A stretch of DNA of 62,537 nt, the filler included, from Choristocarpus tenellus KU-1152 (Eukaryota > Protista > Phaeophyceae): NCBI GenBank assembly GCA_964200185.2. It is 10 parts of 10 records of this genome, joined end to end, with 100 filler letters (N's around TTAATTAATTAA, not from the genome) between each part and the next. Parts side by side here need not be neighbours in the genome. Positions count along the whole stretch, not along the records: positions 53,499 to 58,161 come from CAXNAD020013568.1; positions 58,262 to 62,537 come from CAXNAD020015334.1; 8 more parts are not named here. One strand, written 5' to 3'. The position numbers and the translations under genes were made by a program. The notes below the pieces were generated by a model. The model saw nothing but the letters and a program-made list of their open reading frames with translations, was not told where the DNA came from and made no database searches. This document shows positions 53,567 through 62,537 of this stretch, one piece after another; within the stretch, counting starts at the first letter, position 1; the number at the start of each line of letters is the position of its first letter.

Positions 53567-54077
53567 TGAGAGGAAAGGGAGTGATGGCACAGCTGGTGCT
53601 CTACCCAGCAGGGCATCTATTTATGTGCTTTCTCCCTGTAAGTGTGGGTGTAAGACATACGATATGTTGGGGGTAGTTTTCTGTTGCTATCTATCTGGGG
53701 GATGTGTCGATAGATGCGATGGGAGGGAGTGGGTAAAGGGAAGAAACTAGGGCAGGGGAGTGAGGCGGTATGTGATCTGGTGGCCTGAACTGGTTCGGCA
53801 GAATGCACCACCAGGGGTTGTGTCGAGAGACCGTTGTGCAGTTTTTGTTTGTTCTTTTTTTTTTCTTGTTGATGTTTGTGTTTGTGCTTTTGTGTGTGTG
53901 TGTCTCTGTGTGTGTGTCTTGTCAATTTGAAATCTCAAGCGTGTCGAGTTGCCGTGCATCCGTTGTTGTGTTTCTTGTTCTGAGTGAGTGAGGCCTGTGT
54001 TCATCTGTAGGTGGGTGTTTTGAGTTTTTTGTGTTGGTTATGTTTTTTTGTGTTGATTGTGCGTGCGCGTGTCCTAG

Positions 54078-54280
54078 GATTCAAAAAGGAAAGTGAGGAG
54101 AGCCTCTTCACCGGGATGTTGTTGAGGGGGGTGGGCGCAGGTGTCGCTGCTGGTGTGACTCCTATGTTTGTCGAGGAGGGTGTACGTGGCAGAGAGGGAA
54201 ACACACTGCCAGTTGATCGTTGCGTGATTCCGGGTGTGTTGAGGGGGGAGGGGGGAGGATTTGTGGACTTTGAAGCCAAG
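54078..54280 (+). CDS. Probable internal exon of an unknown gene
   Basis: TG/T-rich tract, CTAG acceptor, open frame GFKKESEESLFTG...FVDFEAK, AG|GTATGG donor. Confidence 0.4.
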
Positions 54281-55333
54281 GTATGGAAGGACTCGGCCTT
54301 ACCACTGCTGCAAGACTGTTCTCCTCAGTCTGGAAGGCTAGTGGGCTAGGGGTCAGGGCAGGGGTGAAGGCAAGGGTGGTTTATCATCGTTCTTACGATT
54401 ATCTTGAAAGAGAGGGATGGCATTTTTTGTGGCTAGTGATTTGTCATACGTGTGTGTGTGTATTGAAAATCGACCTGAAATGCCGTCCTGTCTTCTTCCA
54501 ACCGTGGACTGTTTTGTTTTACAAGACCCTAATGAAAAGAGGAAAGGCAATGTGAAAGGGGGTGGGGATGGGGGGAGGGAAGGGATGTTGCAGGCATCGT
54601 TTCATTGTTTCTCTTCACGGGGTCCCTCTCTTTTCCTAATAACTTCACTCCTTTTTTGCTGTGATGACCCAGAGTTGTGACTCTCTGGTTACAGTGGTTG
54701 GGGAGGGGGTTGTAGCGGTAGAGCACTTCTTACACAGTTCACCTTCTCCGTGAATTGCCCTCCTGAGGTTAGGAGTGGTTGTAGCCAGGCTGTGTCATTT
54801 GGTGCAGCGCTTACTACAGGAAGGGGGTATTCGGGGAATAGTTGTACGGATGATGTCGTGATGATGACTCTTGCATTGCTTTGCTCGTCCCCCTGGGTTT
54901 CCACCCTAGTGGAGGTGGTGGTTAAATGTGCATTGGTACAGTACTGAAGGAGTCAGTGACGCTTAAAAAGCAGGATGGTTTGTGAGAGATTGTAATTGTA
55001 CGTGTGCGATGTTTGCGAAATTTGTTTTTTGGTGGCGATTACGTTTTGTGTTTTTTTTTGAGGGGGGGCGGGGGGGGCTCGGTAGAGGAGTGTTGAGGTG
55101 TGGGCAGAACTGGATGAATTATTGTGGTTAAGGACGCCTCTCTCCATTGAAACCCTACCTCAAATAGCCCTCAACCCCTTTCGGCAACAGTGTCATGTCA
55201 TTGCTTTGATTTACTTGATTGCAAGCTCGGGCTGCAATATTGTAGTAAGGTGGCCCAGCTGAGCAACCTTACTGTTAGGTTCCCACGTACATATACATTG
55301 TTCATCTTACTGTGCCATTGCCATGCTAGGGTA

Positions 55334-55378
<45 letters not shown>

Positions 55379-57585
55379 TTTTTCACTTATTGTGGATAAA
55401 TGATTGGTAGTGCTAATATTACGATCTACCCCCTTTGTTCCCTGGACTTGCTGATGAGTCTGCTTTGGCCTGGTTGGTGGTGGTGGGTGTAGTACTGTTT
55501 GCTGTCTGTTAGGGCTGGCTGGCGTTTGGAGTGTGCAAGTTACCTGATGTGTGCATCAAGCAGTATTTTGCCAGTGCGTATGATACACGGTTTAGGTGAT
55601 GATAGCAGTGATAATGTATTGAGAAGGTGATGCGGGTTGGTGATGGCAGCCGAATGAGATGATGGACCCTTTCTAGCAAGAGTATGCAGTAGTGGAGAGA
55701 CTAGAGGTACTTTGGACTAGTAGTGTTACTTTGCGTGCATGAGGGTGAATCTGTTCATCGTTCATCTTACTGCCCCACCTTTCTTGAACCGATGATACTG
55801 AAGCACAACTGACTGCGAAGTATAATTTGTCGTTTGTTTTGCTTGTTGGCTTTGCTTTGGCGGCCAGCCATCCGTGATGATGATGATGATAAGTGAAGAA
55901 GTGAATAGGCCAGTGAGCAAGCAAGGCTGGTTCAGCAAGATCGAGGATGACTGGTGGTGTTTTTACTGTGAAGCCTTCCTGCCAGTGGCTGCTACCCTCC
56001 CTCTGATTAGATTAATTATTTGGTTGTATTGTTGTAACGTCATACACAAGAAGAGGAGATGATGAGCGGGCGAAGGGAAAGAGGAGATCTTAAAATACGG
56101 ATGATATATCTTAGAAAAGACTACAGCAATTAATTCTTTCTAGTACTATGTACCACTATATGTCGCTGCATTGAGGGCTTTGTCAGTGTTGCTGGGCCTA
56201 GGTCCGAAACAATGCCAATGACAATGCCTTCCCCTAATGAATTCGTAATTATGGGTTATTTCCCTCCAACAGATGAAAATGAGCATCCTCCACACAATGT
56301 TTGTTTGTAGGTTGCCTCTTTTTTGTTCCATCCAAAAGTCCGTACGTACGTATACGCTAAGGATGAGCATTATGTCTTGGATTGATTTATCTGTGGTGGA
56401 AGTGTATGTGTAAGGTAGTCAGTCTGAACAAACCGAAAAAATTATTTAGTAAGCAGAAAGTTTGTGGTTGTTTTACCAGTTGATTTTACTCCACTTGTCG
56501 TGCTTTGTATGTTGCTGGTGTACTTACGATTAGCACTAGGACTACAAAAGGACAGACAGTAGGATTATGGAGATAACTGTTGTGATTATTTCTCAAATCG
56601 GACAAAAAACGTATCACGAGGTGAAAGCTGGGGCAGTGGGCATCTATCTGGCGGTAGTATTTCCATAGGTAGAATACGGTATGAACCCATTGTAGGGATG
56701 GACTGGAAGTTACGCATTGCTGGAAAAGACTACCAGAAGGTTTTGAGGCAAACTAAGTTAGAGGTAGGCAAAATTGCACTTTTGGGATCCCCAGAAAGGA
56801 CAAAAATACGCCGTTTTGTGCGGTGGTTGTAGAAAGAGCCTTCTGGTTAATCGTGGTGTCACTTTATATGTGAAAGGGAAGTATCAATTTTGCATGTACT
56901 ATTGTGTACAAAAAAAGCAATGAAAAAGAGTATCTTGCACAGGAAAAAAATATGACTTAGAATGCTTAATAAGGGTATAAATCTGCCTACCTCCCAATAG
57001 GTTTGGCTGTTTGCATGAGGAAGCATATTCTGGCAGAGAGCGTAGGTATAGATGATTGTCTGGGTATAGGTGGTGTAGTTGGGAGTGGTGCAGGTCTCGT
57101 AAAAGATAACATTTAGTGCTGTTGGGGTACCAGTGAAAGATTGTCAAGTATTTGGCGCACAAGGCATGGAAAGTAAAGAGAGCATGGATGTCTGGTGCAT
57201 TCTGCTAGCGGCACACACAATGTAATATGTAACAAAGGATCTTTTGAGTCCAGAGGTGCTTATTGAAGCTCAGACTGACAATTTGCATATACTTTTTTTG
57301 GCCGTTAAGTTCTGCGAGATGGAACTGAAATGGAATTTTCCCATGCATACTGTAGTTTGTCGCTGTGGAGCTTGTTGAAACGAGACCTAATCCCGTGCTG
57401 TTTCGTGCGCATGCACACACTCTGTTAGCATTTTCTCGTGCCGTGTCGTATCTACTTCATTTAATGACGACGATGATCCCTATTGTTTGCTTGTTTTGTC
57501 ATATCCTTACTGTTTTCTGTACTAGCAAATCTCGAGTCAAATTGAACGAGAGGTACCATGTGTCACATTTTAAAGATGATGACAA

Positions 57586-57770
57586 GACTCAAAAGTATTT
57601 GGGAGGGGGTGGCGGCTGTTCATTTGGGGCCAATTTCTTCATCTTGCGATGTTTTGGTGATTTGGTTGCTTATTATGTTGGATGGATAATGTAAGTGCAC
57701 TATTCCTGGTTATGGCCCAAATGGACACCCTGGCGCCGACCCTCATCCCCCCCCCCAGATACTTTGGTTT
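57586..57770. mobile_element. Complete Sola2-type MITE, family B (~185 bp)
   Basis: GACTCAAAAGTATTTGGGAGGGGG...CCCCCCAGATACTTTGGTTT; flanks ACAA/ACGA (degenerate TSD); inverted CATTTGGG boxes. Confidence 0.8.
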
Positions 57771-58127
57771 ACGAACATGCGCAAAATTCGACGTTTTTAC
57801 AAATGTCTGTAGGACCTTTTCTGAATTCTGTCGAAAAGTTCAAGCAACAGAGAAATTAACCCTCTCAAGTAAAAAAAAACGTACATCCATCGAAATTTGG
57901 GTGAATTCCAAAAGATTGAAAAATTGGCAAATGCAAGGCGGTCAAGACCTGGGTACCCTTGTTTACGTTGGCTAGCTATTGTTGCGATTTACAACTACTA
58001 ACTACCACCACCACCACAACAATAATAACAGCGTTGAGGACAAACAATAGAGTGGTGTTGGAGGAATGAGAGAGGAGGAGGTGTTGGTCCAGAACCAACA
58101 ACACTCATTACAAAAAAGAGATACAAT

Positions 58128-58161
58128 GGCTCAAAGTATCTGGGAGGGGGTGGCGGCTGTC
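58128..58161 (+). mobile_element. Family-B Sola2 left end at contig end
   Basis: GGCTCAAAGTATCTGGGAGGGGGTGGCGGCTGTC, nearly identical to 57586-57621. Confidence 0.8.
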
Positions 58162-58261
58162 NNNNNNNNNNNNNNNNNNNNNNNNNNNNNNNNNNNNNNN
58201 NNNNNTTAATTAATTAANNNNNNNNNNNNNNNNNNNNNNNNNNNNNNNNNNNNNNNNNNNN

Positions 58262-61200
58262 GAGTTTGTCCACGCATACACCCCGATTGTGGAGGGGGAC
58301 CTACCAGGAAAGACAATGAAGGAGATCAAGGTGAGTGTGTGTGACATGTGCCTATGCAAAAGGGAAACCCTACAACACCATGCATGTGAATTATTACAGT
58401 TATGAATCTCTCTATTGTTGTGGTATTGGAGAGGTACTCTCACCCCACACTTTATTTTTTGGAAAAAAACACTATTTCCATTTCAATAACACGCCCCCCG
58501 CTAACACCAGACACAACCCCGTTCTTAAACTTGCCATATGCCTAAAGACACTGTCATCTCGTCTTGGGCTCGTGACCCCCAACGGCACAACGAAGGATGA
58601 AATAATTGAGAGGATAAAGGCGAAGCACACGGTATTCAGGGCCAAGAATCTAATAACCGACGACATCATCCTTGCCACTTGCATGACGGGCGAGTCGAAC
58701 CCCATCTCAAGGAGGACAACAACCGAAGAGAACGACGACGAAGACCACACAGGGTCTTCGGACAAGGCCAACATGAAGCGAAAGGTCAGTACGTGGTAAT
58801 CGGAACCAAAGGGATGCGGTGGACACCGCATCTGTGATGAAGTATTTTTCCTTCTCCAGTACTGATCTCCATCCAACATACTCCACGAACAACTATTATT
58901 GTGATATTGATCTTACCCCATTTACTTCATTTTAAACAACAGATGGACCTCATTGTGAAACTTGATCTTACACTGTTTACTTCATTTTTAACAAGACATG
59001 GACTATTGTTGTGAAACTTGATCTTACCCCATTTACTTCGCTTTAAACAACAGTTGGGATATTAATGTGATACTTGATCTTACCCTGTTTAGTTCTTTTC
59101 TAAAAGCAGATGCACCATTATTCTGATACTTGTTCTATCTTGCGCTGTTTACTTCATAGTAATCAACAGATGGGGATTTTCATGCTTCATCTTCTCTTTT
59201 TAGGTATCTCATTTCAAATATTTTCACTTCATGGCAGTAATACTAACATCCATATGTTATTTTTAGCAGTGCATGGCATTGGGACGGAGGGATGGAGACC
59301 ATGTAACCCTGGACGAGGTTTCTCCTTGATCTTGAAAGACTTGACATGTTTGTGTGTTGAGAGGGGGTCGATCGTATTCTTCTACTTCATCCGATCCTAT
59401 CATTTGTTTCGTCATCATCATCATCATCAATATATTATTGTTATATTGAGTCACACACATGAACATTTTTACTCACCCTGTCAGGAATCCCCATTGAATA
59501 GGGTGTCCGTCAGGGCAATGCTTGTTCTATTTGTAATTAGTTATGGTACTAACAACAACAGCACAGTATATACTCATACTAAATAAACTACTCCAAACAA
59601 GTATTTCCTGAGGATAAAACCCTACATGTTGGAACACAAACACTTCGAACAAAATATTTGAAAAAACTGTGAGATGAGACATGGTGTGACACATTAAATT
59701 GTGTGTTCATGTAGATGTTGGTTGTGGTACACGCACATTTTTTTCCGCAATAGAAAACAGGTTACTTGGTACGAATGACTCCCCCTCCTCGAACGTATAA
59801 AAACATGACCCCACACAACTACTGCCCCCCCCATCCGTATGATCAGGTACTGTTCCCACGGACAGAGGGGTTCCCCACACTCCTCGAGGTCCTCTTCACC
59901 AACTTCCACAGTCATTTCTTCCTTCATCACAACACAACCATCTGGCAGGCACGGCAATATAAGCATTGCAAATCCTGCCTCCCGGAAGGTGACGCTGCCA
60001 TGTCCATTGACTTCAGTTCCCAGCTTCCACACAGCCACCAGGACCTAACACAGCAAGAATTTTTCAATCTATTGTTGACAGCGCTCTGGACTATTGTTTG
60101 GTGATTGAGGGACACGAGGGAAGGGGGAAATTTTTTGGGGGGGAGGATATGGGCTCACAGCACTACAATTTGTAGTGAAGACAGGAGTCAGGACAATGAG
60201 TTTGTCCAGAATGCTATGGAGATGTTCATCGGCAGCCACTTAATGCCTTTTGGCACGGGAACATGGTCAGAATCTGAAGGTCCTCCGCATCTGGTCTGAT
60301 GGGTGCGGTAGTCAATTTAAGAATCGGTGGCAGATATGGTGGGTTTCCCAGGTGATTGCGAGGATGGGGATTTCAGTGGTGCACAACTTCTTCTCCTCGT
60401 GCCACGGCAAATCCATAGCGGATGGAGTTGGAGCCGTGGTGAAGTCAGCCGCCAGGAGGCTGAAGCTGAACGGGGTACGGATGCCGGGAACCTCATCCTT
60501 GGTGAAGACATTGAAGTCTACCAAGGCAGAATACACACTGAGGGATCCAACGCCAGAGGAAGAGGGGCGCCTCCGTAGGGACCGCAAGGTTCCTCCAGGA
60601 CAGACTGTTGTCACCAAGGTCAGATCCCCCCCCCCACAATCCACACACACTACACATCCTTTTATCCCACATGCATTATAATCTCCAATTAGTATCGACA
60701 TTTCTTAGTATCGACACTTCTTCGTACGTCCCCCTGCACCCTCCTAAGTGCAACATCTCTTCAATCCCCAGCAACTATCAGCTACAAACACCCACCTTCA
60801 TAATCAGGACATAAACACAAATAACAACAACTTTCCTCCATATTCAACTTCTCTTCCACAACCCACCACCACACACGACGAGTATCAACACATTTGTTCC
60901 AGCATCCAACCCTGGGTGTCTTTCATCCTGTAAGGATTCGAAAAACACGAAACAAAAATATGCCCATTGTCTGCGCATAAATATCACCATTAAAAAAAAC
61001 AAATCCGACAATACCATAATTCACCACTGTTTTCTCTCGCGATCATTCCGCAACATTGATATCCTCGTGCTTAACATAAGTGAGGAGTATGTGCATCTAA
61101 CCTTCCGCCACACACGACAACACTATACTCCTTAGGATTGGGTGGACAGCGACGGAACAGCACACACCAAGACCTTCGCGAAATTCTACAGCCTGATACC

Positions 61201-62329
61201 ATCAGGAGACAGGATATCGTTCACCTCCCAACGTACAAAATCGATCGGAAGGGACAACATGACCACCGCGTCCCCCAGTTCGGCGGCATCAAGTCCATGC
61301 ACAGGTTCATCACCAGTCCAAGTGCAAATGGTACCTCATCCAAGGTCATCTACACCGAGGTGTCGTGCTACTGCACCAGCTGTTCAATTGGCAACCTCAC
61401 GGGCTGCAAGTGGCAGGGCACACACGTGCCTGCACTCAAGGAGATCCACCTCGGTTTTCCCCCCGAAGATGACGTGTGTAACATATACCTTTGGAGCCAT
61501 CTCTCTAGGAAGAAGAGGCAGCTTGCAGTGGGGAATGTATGCATTGTGCGGACGGAGCCGTCGGAATATTATGGGTTGGAGTTCCTGCCATTCACCATAA
61601 AAAAGGAGACCGTGAAATGGAACTCCAGGGACCATTCCAGCTACGGAGGGATGTTCAGTGCTGGGGACGAAGTGGTGTTTGTGAGGGAAGACTTCAAGAT
61701 GTTGACTGCCACTTTCGTTGATGGAGTGCCGACAGTTCGCCTCTCACGTGCGAATTGGGTGAGGCACCCGAGATTCCTACTAAATATTACTCTCTTGTAA
61801 ATACAAACGGAAATGTGTCCAATTTTTTTCAAACATTAAAATCACATAGATCGGAGAATTTTACAATATTGTATTATATACGATATTATTCTGTGTAGAT
61901 TTTTTTCCCTTCAACTCAGTCATGGTTAATATTCCTTTTTGGTTCATATTACCGTATATATATATGTACATACGAAACCCCGCCACACAACAACTACCCA
62001 CTATCATCACACCCCGTTTATCACACGATGGTCTTCAGGATCTTACCCGCCACCCCAACCCCATCAACAAAACAAATAACGTGCTCAAACTGCAGGCTGC
62101 TCAAACGGGTCCCCGTGTTGTCCCCCTTCAGGCTATCGTCGAGCCTGACTTCACGCACCTTCGTCGTAACAACCTCGACGATACCTACACCATCCTCCCC
62201 GGTCAATACCAGAGATTCATTATGGAATCCAATCGGCAATCCCTCAGCGGGATCCCTGTTCACTTTTCAAGGCAACGCAGACGTGGAGACATGTTAAGAA
62301 TATGCTTTTTATTCATATGCAAAATATGA
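58262..62329 (+). mobile_element. Sola2 DDD transposase gene, intron-containing and mildly decayed (exons ~58262-58330, 58548-58784, ~59267-59318, 59847-60618, 61136-61758, 62096 to ~62329)
   Basis: Sola2-like motifs: HFFLHHNTTIWQARQY...MSIDFS (D1, 60009), IWSDGCGSQFKN (D2, 60298), NFFSSCHGKSIADGVG (D3, 60421), KIDR...GGIKSMH...SCYCTSC. GT-AG introns with compatible phases. In-frame stop at 60102; frameshifts near 60250 and 61190. Confidence 0.88.
58899..59180. repeat. About five copies of a ~55-bp tandem repeat inside a transposase intron
   Basis: Unit approximately TTGTGAAACTTGATCTTACCCCATTTACTTCATTTTAAACAACAGATGG. Confidence 0.85.
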
Positions 62330-62537
62330 TTCTGTGGGAGAAACATTAAGTTGTTGAAGTATTGTTGGATAATGAAAATATTGTCCACGGGTTATTATAA
62401 TATAACCCGATAGTATGTCTTTGTTAGGTGACAACGAAAGTATTGTCCGCGGGTTATTATAGTACAACGGATTGAGTGACGGGTTATTAGAATATGTGAA
62501 TCGTAAGGTGATGACCCCCTTTGAGCTTTGAAGCTCA

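Noticed and set aside
58899-59180. CRISPR-like array
   Set aside because: Units are contiguous and degenerate with no unique spacers; eukaryotic intron; no cas genes.

Overview
Eukaryotic, repeat-rich draft genomic DNA. Spliceosomal GT-AG introns, TTAGGG-type repeats and the TE repertoire fit a stramenopile, plausibly a brown alga (inference). The window is ten contigs joined by nine artificial 100-bp N gaps, each holding a TTAATTAATTAA all-frame stop linker, so adjacency across gaps is unreliable. Host genes: a complete two-exon PUS10, an N-terminal COPB2 exon, an intronless Zn(II)2Cys6 plus AT-hook ORF, a three-exon coiled-coil fragment and an RSP-repeat exon. Mobile DNA: decayed Copia, Gypsy-like and RTE-like remnants, a DIRS/Ngaro tyrosine-recombinase retroelement, and Tc1/mariner-type ends. 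The strongest signal is a coherent Sola2 DNA-transposon system: an intron-containing DDD transposase gene with a spliced SAP/HeH-like motif (58262-62329), plus two MITE families sharing a GRGTCAAAGTATCT-like terminus, a subterminal GTCCATTTGGGG box and 4-bp TSDs. Two of those MITEs bracket a diverged fragment of the transposase locus. All calls are by eye; no searches were run.
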